From Mobula hypostoma (lineage: Eukaryota), in assembly GCF_963921235.1 (NCBI RefSeq), contig NC_086097.1, positions 182,716,001 through 182,780,000 on the forward strand: a stretch of DNA of 64,000 nucleotides, read 5' to 3'. Numbering within the stretch: position 1 is the first letter of the stretch; the number at the start of each line of letters is the position of its first letter. Under the pieces are notes generated by a model. That model did no database searches and was not told the DNA's origin. It saw nothing but the letters and a program-made list of their open reading frames with translations. Below are positions 51,005 through 62,685 of this stretch, piece after piece. The translations under genes and the position numbers were made by a program.

Positions 51005-54000
51005 GCACAATTGTCCCTGATGACTGCACCTGTAAAGAGTGCATCCAGCTGCAGCTTCTGACAAACTGAGTTAGGGAACTGGAGCTGGATGAACTTCGGA
51101 TCATTTGTGAGGCAGAAATAAACAGGAGTTACTGGGAGATAGTCAACCCTGAAATTCAGGAGGCAGGTAGCTGGGTGACTGTCAGGAGAGGTAAAGGGAA
51201 TAGACAGAATGAGCAGAGCACCCCTGTGGCCGTTCCCATCAATAATAAGTATATAATAATAAGAAGTTTTGGATACTGTTGGTGGGGACGACCTACCAGG
51301 GACAAGTTGCAGTGGTTGCGTCTCTGGCACTGAGACTGGACCCTTAGCTCAGAAGGGAAGGAGGGAAAAGAGGAGAGCAGTAGTGATAGGGGTTTCGATA
51401 GTTAGGGGGATAGATAAGAGATTCTGTGGAAGAGATGGAGAATCTCGGATGGTCTGTTGCCTCCCTGGTGCCAGGGTCCGCAATATCTTGGATCGAGTTC
51501 TCGGTATTCTCAAGAGGGAGGGTGAGTAACGAGATGTCGTGGTCCATGTAGGGACCAACGACGTGGATAGGAAGAAGGACGTGGTCTTGCAAAGAGAATT
51601 TAGGGAGTTAGGTGCAAAGTTGAAGGACAGGACCTCCAGGGTTGCAATCTCAGGATTGCTACCCATGCCATGTGCTCGTGAGGCTAGAAATATGAAGATA
51701 ATGCAGCTAAATACGTGGCTAAGGAGTTGGTGCAGGAGGGAGGGCTTCATGTTTCTGGACAAATGGGCCTTGTTCCAGGGAAGGTGGGACCTGCTCTGAA
51801 GAGACAGGTTGCACCTGAACTGGAGGGGGACTAACATCCTTGCGGGGAAGTTTGCTAGTGCTGCTCTGGGGGTTTCAACTAGATTTGCAGGGGGAGGGGA
51901 ATCAGAGTGTTAGAGCAGATAAGTGAGGTGGAGGAGGATAAAGGTCATGAGAGAACTGCAAGTATAGTACACGGAGTAAAGCCAGATCTAACATGTAAAG
52001 AGGCTTTGAGGAAAGAGAAACAGAATAAAGGGTGTAAAGGTAGTAAGGTAGAAGGGCTAAAGTGCATGTACTTCAATGTAAGAAGCATCAGGAACAAAGG
52101 TGATGAACTGAGAGCTTGGATACATACATGGAATTATGATGTAGTGGCCATTACAGAGACTTGGCTGGCACCAGGGCAGAAATGGATTCTCAATATTCCT
52201 GGATTTCAGTGCTTTAAAAGGGATAGAGAGGGCGGAAAAAGGGGAGGAGGGTTGGCATTACTGGTGAGGGATACTATTACTGCTACAGAAAGGGTGGATA
52301 ATGTAGCAGGATCCTCTTTTGAGTCAATATGGGTGGAAGTCAGGAACAGGAAGGGAGCAGTTACTCTATTGGGAGTATTCTATAGGCCCCCTGGTAGCAG
52401 CAGAGATACCGAGGAGCAGATTGGGAGGCAGATTTTGGAAAGGTGCAAAAATAACAGGGTTGTTATCATGGGTGACTTTAACTTGTTTGGCACCTGATTA
52501 GTTCCAAGGGTTTAGACGGGGCAGAGTTAGTTAAGTGTGTCCAGGATGGATTCCTGTCACAGTATGTTGACAGGCCGACTAGGGGGAATGCCATATTAGA
52601 TCTAGTATTAGGTAACAAATCGGGTCAGGTCACAGATCTCTCAATGGGTGAGCACCTGGGGGACAGTGACCACTGCTCCCTGGCCTTTAGCATTATCATA
52701 GAAAAGGATAGAATCAGAGAAGACAGGAAAATTTTTAATTGGGGAAGGGCAAATTATGAGGCTATAAGGCTAGAACTTGTGGGTGTGAATTGGGATGATG
52801 TTTTTGCAGGGAAATGTACTATGGACATGTGGTCGATGTTTAGGGATCTCTTACAGGATGTTAGGGATAAATTTGTCCTGGTGAGGAAGATAAAGAATAG
52901 GGTGAAGGAAACATGGGTGACAAGTGAGCTGGAAAGTCTAGTCAGGTGGAAGAAGGCAGCATACATGAGGTTTAGAAAGCAAGGATCAGATGGGTCTATG
53001 GAGGAACATAGGGTAGCAAGAAAGAAGCTTAAGAAGGGGCTGAGGAGAGCAAGAAGGGGGCATGACAAGGCCTTGGCGAGTAGGGTAAAGGAAAACCCCA
53101 AGACATTCTTCAATTATGTGAAGAACAAAAGGATGACAGGAGAGAAGATAGGACTGATTGGAGATGAAGATAGGAAGATGTGCTTGGAGGCTGTGGAAGT
53201 GAGCGAGGTCCTCAATGAATACTTCTCTTTGGTATTCACCAATGAGAGGGAACTTGATGATGGTGAGAACAACATGAGTGAGGTTGATGTTCTGGAGCAT
53301 GTTGATATTAAGGGAGAGGAGGTGTTGGAGTTGTTAAAATACATTAGGACGGATAAGTCCCTGGGGCCTGATGGAATATTCCCCAGGCTGCTCCACGAGG
53401 CGAGGGAAGAGATTGCTGAGCCTCTGGCTAGGATCTTTATGTCCTTGTTGTCTACGGGAATGGTACCGGAGGATTGGAGGGAGGCGAATTATGTTCCTTT
53501 GTTCAAAAAAGGTAGTAGGGATAGTCTGGTAATTATAGACCAGTGAGCCTTGCGTCTGTGTTGGGAAAGCTGTTGGAAAAGATTCTTAGAGGTAGGATCT
53601 ATAGGCATTTAGAGAGTCATAGTCTGATCAGGGACAGTCAGCATGGCTTTGTGAAGGACAGATCGTGTCTAACAAGCCTGATAGAGTTCTTTGGAGAGGT
53701 GACCAGGCATATAGATGAGGGTAGTGCAGTGGATGTGATCTACATGGATTTTAGTAAGGCATTTGACAAGGTTCCACACGGTAGGCTTATTCAGAAAGTC
53801 AGAAGGTATGGGATCCAGGGAAGTTTGGCCAGGTGGATTCAGAACTGGCTTGCCTGCAGAAAGCAGAGGGTCATGGTGGAGGGAGTACATTTGGATTGGA
53901 GGGTTGTGACTAGTGGTGTCCCACAAGGATCGGTTCTGGGACCTCTACTTTTTGTGATTTTTATTAATGACTTGGATGTGGGGGTAGAAGGGTGGGTTGG

Positions 54001-54200
54001 CAAGTTTGCAGACGACACAAAGGTTGGTGGTGTTGTGGATAGTGTGGAGGATTGTCGAAGATTGCAGAGAGACATTGATAGGATACAGAAGTGGGCTGAG
54101 AAGTGGCAGATGGAGTTCAACCCAGAGAAGTGTGAGGTGGTACACTTTGGAAGGACAAGCTCCAAGGCAGAGTACAAAGTAAATGGCAGGATACTTGGTA
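51005..54200 (+). mobile_element. CR1 LINE of a different subfamily: ORF1 + EN + RT, degenerate, lacking the 3' end
   Basis: PDDCTCKECIQLQLL, RRAVVIG, HVGTND; LKCMYFNVRSIRNK, ITETW, YRPP, GDFN, SDH; QHGF, GVPQGSVLGP, FADD. Homology stops abruptly at ...VNGRILG (54200). Confidence 0.93.
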
Positions 54201-54949
54201 TTGATCTACCACCCCCCCACCCCCATCGGCTCCTCCAGTTCCAGGGACTGAGCTTTGGCCAACGTCTCCTGAGCTGTGTTCTGTGGCTCTGCCACCCTCT
54301 CACCCCCACTGCTCGCCCTCCCACCCCCACCCCCCCATGAACACACAGTCAATAATGGAATCTCTCTCCTGATGTAGGACATTCCTGCTCAGACTCCCAC
54401 CCCTCTCACCTCTCCAACAGATTCATTCAGAGGAGCCATGCTCACTGGATGAACGGTGCTTGATTTAATCAGGCTCCAGTCACCTCCCAATAACCCAATG
54501 GGACAATTCCCAAACTTCTGTCTCTCGTCATCCTCTGACCGTAGGAAGACGGGGTTCCAGCCAAATGCATGGAGAAGTGGTGGTTTCCCAGGAATGATCT
54601 CATCACTTCCTTTGAAGTCCTGGGGTGCCCACCTGTCCCCTGGGGCGTGACGTCTCTGTGCTGTGCCCCTGCTGGGGTTTGTCAGTCCTCAGGAGAGAAT
54701 GTAGATACAGACTCGCCTTGTATCATGACACTGGGTTTGTGGAGGCCCCACCCTCACTGCTTGACCCCAGCTGAGCTGTTGCCTGTGGTTGGGGAGAGAA
54801 TTATGGGGCTCATGATTAACCCAACCCTGTGACCACCCTTGCCTTGTTCTCCAGGTGCCTGGTGGGGCGGTGGGGGGGTGGGGCTGTGCAGGGGAAGCTG
54901 TTTCTGAGAGCGAGAGGGTGCTAGTCCAAGGTGGGGGAGATGGATGGTT

Positions 54950-57528
54950 CTAGGAAGGGAGGGGGTCTGGGCTGTGGGAGTGGGGTGTTGTGAGGGAAGG
55001 GAGGGGGGTCTGGGCTGTGGGAGTGGGGAGGGAAGGGAGGGGGGTCTGGGCTGTGGGAGTGGGGTGTTGAGGGAAGGGAGGGGGTCTGGACTGTGGGATT
55101 GGGGTGTTGTGAGAAGGGAGGGGATCTGGGCTGTGGGAGTGGGCTGTTGTGAGGGAAGGAGGGGTCTGGGCTATGGGAGTGGGGTGTTGTGAGAGAAGGG
55201 AGGGGGGTCTGGGCTGTGGGAGTGGGGTGTTGTGGTGAGGGAAGGGAGGGGTCTGGGTTGTGGGAGTGGGGTGTTGTGAGGGAAGGCGGGGTCTGGGCTG
55301 TGGGAGTGGGGTGGTGAGGGAAGGGAGGGGTCTGGGCTGTGGGAGTGGGGTGTTGTGAGGGAAGGGAGAGGGTCTGGGCTGTGGGAGTGGGGTGTTGTGA
55401 GGGAAGGGAGAGGGTCTGGGCTGTGGGAGTGGGGTGTTGTGAGAAGGGAGGGGATCTGGGCTGTGGGAGTGGGCTGTTGTGAGGGAAGGCGGGGTCTGGG
55501 CTGTGGGAGTGGGGTGTTGTGAGAGAAGGGAGGGGGTCTGGGCTGTGGGAGTGGGGTGGTGAGGGAAGGGAGGGGTCTGGGCTGTGGGAGTGGGGTGTTG
55601 TCAGGGAAGGGAGGGGGTCTGGGCTGTGGGAGTGGGGTGTTCTGAGGGAAGGGAGAGGGTCTGGGCTGTGGGAGTGGGGTGTTGTGAGGGAAGGGAGAGG
55701 GTCTGGGCTGTGGGAGTGGGGTGGTGAGGGAAGGGAGGGGTCTGGGCTGTGGGAGTGGGGTGTTGTGAGGGAAGGGAGAGGGTCTGGGCTGTGGGAGTGG
55801 GGTGTTGTGAGAAGGGAGAGGATCTGGGCTGTGGGAGTGGGCTGTTGTGAGGGACGGGGGGGTCTGGGCTGTGGGAGTGGGGTGTTGTGAGAGAAGGAAG
55901 GGGGTCTGGGCTGTGGGAGTGGGGTGTTGTGGTGAGGGAAGGGAGGCGGTCTGGGCTGTGGGAGTGGGGTGTTGTCAGGGAAGGGAGGGGGTCTGGGCTG
56001 TGGGAGTGGGGTGTTATGAGGGAAGGGAGAGGGTCTGGGCTGTGGGAGTGGGGTATTGTGAGAGAAGGGAGGGGATCTGGGCTGTGGCAGTGGGATGTTG
56101 TGAGGGAAGGGAGAGGGTCTGGGCTGTGGGAGTGGGGTGGTGAGGGAAGGGAGGGGGTCTGGGCTGTGGGAGTGGGGTATTGTGAGAAAGGAGGGGGGTC
56201 TGGGCTGTGGGAGTGGGGTGTTGTGAGGGAAGGGAGGGGAACTGGGCTGTGGGAGTGGGGTGTTGTGAGAAGGGAGGGGATCTGGGCTGTGGGAGTGGGC
56301 TGTTGTGAGGGAAGGCGGGGTCTGGGCTGTGGGAGTGGGGTGTTGTGAGAGAAGGGAGGGGGTCTGGGCTGTGGGAGTGGGGTGTTGTGAGGGAAGGGAG
56401 AGGGTCTGGGCTGTGGGAGTGGGGTGTTGTGAGAAGGGAGGGGATCTGGGCTGTGGGAGTGGGCTGTTGTGAGGGACGGGGGGGTCTGGGCTGTGGGAGT
56501 GGGGTGTTGTGAGAGAAGGGAGGGGGTCTGGGCTGTGGGAGTGGGGTGTTGTGGTGAGGGAAGGGAGGGGGTCTGGGCTGTGGGAGTGGTGTGTTGTCAG
56601 GGAAGGGAGGGGGTCTGGGCTGTGGGAGTGGGGTGTTATCAGGGAAGGGAGGGGGTCTGGGCTGTGGGAGTGGAGTGTTATGAGGGAAGGGAGAGGGTCT
56701 GGGCTGTGGGAGTGGGGTGTTGTGAGGGAAGGGAGGGGGTCTGGGCTGTGGGAGTGGGGTGGTGAGGGAAGGGAGGGGGGCTGGGCTATGGGAGTGGGGT
56801 ATTGTGAGAGAAGGGAGGGGGTCTGGGCTGTGGGAGTGGGGTGTTATCAGGGATGGGAGGGGTCTGGGCTGTGGGAGTGGAGTGTTATGAGGGAAGGGAG
56901 AGGGTCTGGGCTGTGGGAGTGGGGTGTTGTGAGGGAAGGGAGGGGCTCTGGGCTGTGGGAGTGGGGTGGTGAGGGAAGGGAGGGGTGCTGGGCTGTGGGA
57001 GTGGGGTATTGTGAGAGAAGGGAGGGGGTCTGGGCTGTGGCAGTGGGATGTTGTGAGTGAAGGGAGAGGGTCTGGGCTGTGGGAGTGGGGTTGTGAGGGA
57101 AGGGAGGGGGTCTGGGCTGTGAGAGTGGGGTATTGTGAGAAAGGAGGGGGGTCTGGGCTGTGGGAGTGGGGTCTTGTGAGGGAAGGGAGGGGAACTGGAC
57201 TGTGGGAGTGGGGTGTTGTGAGGGAAGGGTGGGGTCTGGGCTGTGGGAGTGGGGTGTTGTGGTGAGGGAAGGGAGGGGGTCTGGGCTGTGGGAGTGGGGT
57301 GTTATCAGGGAAGGGAGGGGGTCTGGGCTGTGGCAGTGGGATGTTGTGAGGGAAGGGAGAGGGTCTGGGCTGTGGGAGTGGGGTGGTGAGGGAAGGGAGG
57401 GGGGTTGGGCTGTGGGAGTGGGGTATTGTGAGAAAGGAGGGGGGTCTGGGCTGTGGGAGTGGGGTGTTGTGAGGGAAGGGAGGGGAACTGGACTGTGGGA
57501 GTAGAGTGTTGTGAGGGAAGGGAGGGGA
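54950..57528. repeat. G-rich ~38-46 bp minisatellite (GAGGGAAGGGAGGGGGTCTGGGCTGTGGGAGTGGGGTGTTGT), ~60 units
   Basis: CTGGGCTGTGGGAGTGGGG recurs continuously across the interval. Confidence 0.97.
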
Positions 57529-57585
57529 CAGATGGTTGGGCCTTTGGGTGATGCTTCACCTGGGCTTTGTTTTGTTTTCTTGCAG

Positions 57586-58191
57586 ATTTCCCTCTGATGC
57601 GTCCCCCTTGTCCCTTGCCCCCGATAGGATCCACCTCCGTGACTGCTATGAGGTGCCTGAATCCACCATCCTCTCCCTCATGCAGGAAGCGGCCAAACTA
57701 GAGCCACCGTTCACAAGCCATGACACCTGCTCGATGAACAACAATCCCAACCCTCAGGAGGAGTGTCACACCCTCGGGAGTACTAGCTTTCTCCCTGCCC
57801 CGGACCCACAGGAGGAGGATAACCCTCCCAGGATGGTGACCTTTCCCCCTGTCAGTTCCCCTGGGCTCTGGGCAGAGGAGTGTCGGGGTGGTACTGGAGA
57901 GGTTGGGAATGGGTATGTCCTAGGATCATGTCAAGCTTCAGATGTGCAGAGCTCGAGAGCGGACAGGGTGGGGGGAAAAGGTCAGGAAGGGGATGGCCAC
58001 TGGCCCATGTCATCTACAGACTCCCACACCCATCCCTCAGCACCTGTCCGCACAAGGACACCCCGCAAACAGCCCCACCCCCAACGCAGCGCCCAGAGTG
58101 GGGACCCCACCTTCCAGGGTGTCACCGTCTGCATGGAGAGAGAGCTGGTGGGTCATCTAGACTGCCGTCTGCACATCACTGCCCACTACAG
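57586..58191 (+). CDS. ZGLP1: ZGLP1-like (GATA-type zinc finger protein 1), internal or first coding exon; start codon uncertain (first in-frame ATG 57680)
   Basis: Acceptor TTTGTTTTGTTTTCTTGCAG (AG 57584-85). Open frame with LMQEAAKL and PRKQPHPQRSA...DPTFQGVT, motifs recalled from ZGLP1. Phase-2 donor GTAGGT at 58192. Confidence 0.82.
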
Positions 58192-58458
58192 GTAGGTCTC
58201 ATTCTCACCCCCTCCAACACCTCACTCCCACCACTTTCCCTCCTACTCATGAGCACATCACCTCCCCCCCCCCCACCCCCATAGGCTGGTCTCGCCCTCA
58301 ACTTGCCTCTCTGTATACCCCCCATCGGCATCACCCCTACACCCTCCATCTCCTTTGCACAGCACTGCCCAATATAATTAGGTCTAGATACTCCCTGCTC
58401 TCTGACCCCTAGACCCTCTCTCTCCCTTTCTTTCTTTCTCTCTCTCTCTTTCTCTCAG

Positions 58459-58574
58459 CCCAGGGCTGCAGCAGAAGTTGACCCGGTTCCGATCCCACTC
58501 TCTGGGTCATCGGGAGACCCCATCAACACCCCGGCTCAGCAGCTCGGAGGAGGACCCATATCCTGGCCACCAGA
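58459..58574 (+). CDS. ZGLP1: ZGLP1-like, 116 nt internal exon
   Basis: Long CT tract + CAG acceptor; frame-compatible with both neighbours (phase 2 in, phase 1 out); encodes SPGLQQKL...LSSSEEDPYPGHQ; donor GTGAGT at 58575. Confidence 0.8.
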
Positions 58575-58779
58575 GTGAGTGAGGACCAGAGGTCAGCATG
58601 TGGCCTGGGGTCTATGTGGGGTTGAGTCAGTGAGGGGAAGGGTGATTGCTTGGACCCCGGGCTGAAGAGTTGGTCTGTGTACAGCCTTGTGGAAGAAAGG
58701 GTGAGAAGGATGGGATGTGGTCAGTGTGGGGACAAGTCAGTGGAGTCAGATTGGGTTGAGAGGACATGTCAGTGGGGGA

Positions 58780-58965
58780 GTGGCGTTAGTGAGCAGATGG
58801 GTTAATAAGAAGCTGGATGGGGTTAGTGAGGGGTGGGTTAATAAGGAGGTGGAGTCACTGAGGGAGTGGGGTTAGTGAGTGGATGGGTCAATAAGGAGGT
58901 GGATGGGGTTAGTGAGGGGAGGGAAATAAGAAGATGGGGTTAGGGGAGGGTCAATAAGGAGGTGA
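58780..58965. repeat. Degenerate ~35 bp intronic tandem repeat (GGGTYAATAAGGAGGTGGATGGGGTTAGTGAG)
   Basis: AATAAG and GGGTTAG motifs recur 4-5 times. Confidence 0.6.
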
Positions 58966-59039
58966 GTGGGCATCAATGAGGGGACAGGTCAGTGCTTGGA
59001 CCCTGGGCAGTAACAGCTCCTGCACTGTCTGCTTTACAG

Positions 59040-59133
59040 GAATGAGGAGATGTGCCTCCTGTGGAACCCAGAAAACACCGCTGTGGAGAGACGCTGAGGA
59101 CGGGACTCCACTGTGTAATGCCTGTGGGATCAG
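59040..59133 (+). CDS. ZGLP1: ZGLP1-like GATA zinc-finger exon (94 nt)
   Basis: RMRRCASCGTQKTPLWRDAEDGTPLCNACGIR: a C-x2-C-x17-C-x2-C GATA finger with the ZGLP1-typical WRDAEDGTPLCNACGIR. TTTACAG acceptor, GT donor at 59134. The final exon was not found in the window. Confidence 0.92.
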
Positions 59134-59289
59134 GTACCAGAGAGCTCCCACTCCCCACCCTCACCCATCAACCCCCACTCCTAGACCCTTTCACCAGGAC
59201 TGGGTCAGAGTAAAGATGAATCTGTTGAGGGGTGGTGGTGGGAGAGAAAGGTCTGTATTAGGGTGCAGGTCGTATTTGTCAAGATAACA

Positions 59290-61200
59290 ATTACTTAACT
59301 TTTTGGACTGGCCTCCCATGAAGGTCCTCGTCAAACTCTTTACTAAAGTCCATGCAGACAATATCCAGAGCTCCATCTTCACCACCTCCTCAACCTCCCT
59401 CTAACACCACATCAGTAGTAATGTTGATCCATGTGAACCTTTCCCATGTCCTCCTTCACAGTAAGTATTGGTGAGGAGTATTTATCTAAGATTAATTCAG
59501 TTTCAAGTAGCTCCACATACAAGTTCCCATGCTGATGCTCAAGATCCTACTCTCTCCCCAACAACTTTTACACTCTCTGACTTGGAGAATCTTTGAGGAT
59601 TCTCCTTCACCTTATCTGTTGGGAGGTCTCATGTACTCTCTTTTCCCTCCAGCTTCCCCAAGAGTTCTCCCACATAACTTGTACTCCACAAGGACTTGTG
59701 TGACCACCCCCACCACGTGTTACAGTGCCTATAACTCATATCTGTTGGCCTTTATTTCCTGAACAAACCCCGCCATGTCCCTAGTTAAGCAAGATTCCCA
59801 ACTCCTGCCAGCCTTGCCCATTATCTCATGAATCTGAGAGTGAATTGGGTTGGATAAATCCCCAGAACCGGTTGAGATATCCCTTGGACCTTGTGGGAGG
59901 CTAGTGCAGAAATTGCAGAGGTCCTAGCGGAGAGATGTAAAACATCCTTAGCTATGGGTGAGTTGCCAGGGGACTGGAGAATAGCTAATGATGCTCTGTT
60001 ATTCAAGAAGGGTTCTAAGAATAAGCCAGGAAATGTAGATCCAGACATCAGTTAACGGTAAATAGTTGGAAGGTATTATGAAGGACAGAATGTATATGTA
60101 TTTGGATAGTCAGGGCCTATGGAGATGGCCAACGATGTTTAGTACATGGCAGCTCATGTCTAACCAACCTTGGAGCTTTTTGAGGTTGCCAAGAAGATTG
60201 ATGAAGGAAAGGTAGTGGATGTTGTCTACATGAACTTTAGCAAGGACTTTGTCAAAGTCCTACATGGGAAGCTGGTCTAGAAGGTTAAGTTATTTGGCAC
60301 TCAAGATGAAGTAGTCAATTGGGTTCAACATTGGTTTAATGGGAGAAGCCAGAGGGTGGTAGTAAATGGTTCTCTCTGAATGGTGGTCAGTGACAAATGG
60401 TGTGCCACAGGGATTGGTTCTGGCTCCATTGTTATATACCATCTATGGTATGATTGAGATGATGTGGTAAATTGGATCAGCAAACTTATGGATGACACAA
60501 AGATTGGGGGGGGGGGCTTCCAATGGATAGTGAGGAAGGCTATCAAAGCTTGCACAATGATCTCAACCAGCTGGGAAAAGTGATCTTAAAAAACAGCAGC
60601 TGGAATACAATGTGGAGAAATGTGAAGTGTTGCATTTTGGGAGGACAAGGCTGGGTAGCGCATACAGTGAATGTTAGGGTACTGAGGGTGTACAGTAGAA
60701 CAAAGTGACCTGAGGATTGTGATCCATAATTTAAGTGTCATCATTGGTAGATAGGATCATAGAGAGCTTTTGGCACATTGGCCTTGATAAACAATCATAA
60801 AGCACTACACCACAGTAGCAGGTTGTTCAGCCCATCTAGTCAATGCTCAATGGTTATTCTCCCTGGTCCCATTGACCTGCACCTGGACAATAACTCTTCA
60901 TGCCCCTCCTATCCATGTACTTATACAAACTTATCTTTATTTTAAACTAGTTCTAGTTCCATCTGGGCGGTGGGGGGGTGCAGGATGGGGAGGCTGCTTG
61001 TATTAACCCCATCTATACTACTCATAATTTTGTCTACATGAGGACCTGAGTTATAGGGAAAGGTTCAATAAACTAGGGCTTTATTTGCAGGAATGCAGGG
61101 GAATGAGGGCAGATTTTGTAGAGGTGTACAATATTAGATAGGATGATAGGATATAGATAGGATGAAAGCAAACAGGCTTTTCCCAAAAGGTTGGGAGAGA
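59290..61200. mobile_element. Cluster of highly degenerate CR1 fragments (antisense ~59290-59820 and ~60800-61040; sense RT ~59840-60790 and ~61040-61200)
   Basis: Remnants of EIAE, DWRIAN, LFKKGSKNKPGN, VDVVYM, DDTKIG and MRADFVEVY motifs with many stops. Confidence 0.7.
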
Positions 61201-61204
61201 TAGA

Positions 61205-62685
61205 GGAATTCTCATCTTGCAGGATGTGGAACGATATAAACCTCCAACGGCCCTGAATGCTACACCTGTAAGAAGGGTATCCAGCCTTGTACAGATAGTG
61301 TCAGGAAACTGGAGCTGTATGAACTCCTGAACATTTGGGAAGCTGACGAGTTGATCAGTGGCAGATGCATGGAATGGTTGTGCATAAGGTGCAGGACATG
61401 CGTAACTGGGTGAAGGGGAAAGTGGTTAGGTGGCCATTGTAGGGTACTTCTGTAGCCATCTCCCTCAATTACAAGTATACTGTTTGGATACTTGTGGTAG
61501 GTGGGGGGAAGGGTGGGGAATGATCTAGTAGAGGATAGCAACAGCAGCCAGGTCTCTGGCACTGAGTCTGGCTCTGTGATTCAGAAGGGAGAGAAGAGGT
61601 GAGCAGGAGTGATAGGAAATTCATTGATTAGGAGAACAGATTGGAGGTTCTGTGGATGAGAAGGAAATTCCCATAAGGTATGAGTCTCTAACAATCTAAA
61701 GGTGGAGAGTGAGCAGCCGGAGGTCATGGTCCACACTGGTACCAATGACATTAGGAAGGTTATCAAGGTCCTGAAAAGTGAGTTCAGGGAGTTGGGTGTT
61801 AAGTTCAAGGACAGGACCTCCAAGGTTGTTATCTCAGGATTGCTACCCATGCCATGTGGTATTGAGGCCAGAAATAGGAAGATAATACAGTTTAAGTAGT
61901 TAGCAAGGAGATGATGCAGGAGGGAGGGGTTTCAGATTTTTGGAATCACTGGGCTCTATTTCAGGGAGGTGGGACCTGTACAGATGGGATAGTTTGGTAC
62001 CCTTCCTGTTCAGGTGCAACATTCTTTTGGGACGGTTTGCTAATGCTGCTTTGAGGGGTTTTAAAGGAGAGCTGCAGGGCGATGGGAGCCAGTGTGTTGG
62101 GTCCAATAGTGAAATGGTTGTGAGGAAAGATGATGTTAAGCCCACATACAAAGACAGCAATCGAAATGCTGAGCATGGTAGGAATGTTCTGAATTGCACC
62201 TATTTCAATGCAGGAGTATTGTAGGCAAGGCTGATGAGATGGAGCATGGATCAGCATGTGGAATTATGATATTTTAGTTATTCGAGAGATTTGCTTGTAG
62301 GAGGGGCAGGACTGGAAGCTCAAGGTTCTGGGGTACTCTTGTTTTAGATGTGATAGAGCAGGAGGCATTAAAAGGGGGAGGGTTGGCATTAGTCAGAGAA
62401 AACATGCGGTAGTGCTCAGATAGGACAGACTAGAAGGCACATTCACTGAAGCTACGTGAGTGGAACTGGGCAATAAGAAAGGGATGACCACATTCATGGG
62501 ATTGTATTATAGCTCACCAAAAAGTCAGTGCAATTTGGAGCAGCAAATTTGTTGAGAGGTGGTAGACAATTGCAAGAAAAATAAGATGGTGATAGGTGAT
62601 TTTAACTATCCACATTGACTGGGACTCCCATACTGTAAATGGACTAGACTGTCAAATGTACTCAGGAACGTTTTCTTAATCAATA
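61205..62685 (+). mobile_element. Degenerate CR1 (ORF1 + EN N-terminal half), interrupted by Tc1
   Basis: SSCRMW...YTCKK, VHTGTNDI, VVISGLLP, LNCTYFNA, GDFNYPHIDW; ends FLNQ-TA at the Tc1 insertion. Confidence 0.8.

Noticed and set aside
54855..54930. Candidate upstream coding exon of ZGLP1 (CCAG|GTG...AAG|GTGGGG)
   Set aside because: In the phase required by the 57586 exon it contains TGA at 54905; at best a UTR exon, unsupported without RNA data.
55519..57504. Gly/Trp/Glu-rich ORFs and resemblance to an immunoglobulin switch region
   Set aside because: ORFs are repeat artefacts; AGCT motifs are essentially absent and no Ig constant exons are nearby.
58780..58965. Interstitial telomere (GGGTTAG)
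   Set aside because: Only isolated single motifs inside a longer degenerate unit; no (TTAGGG)n run.
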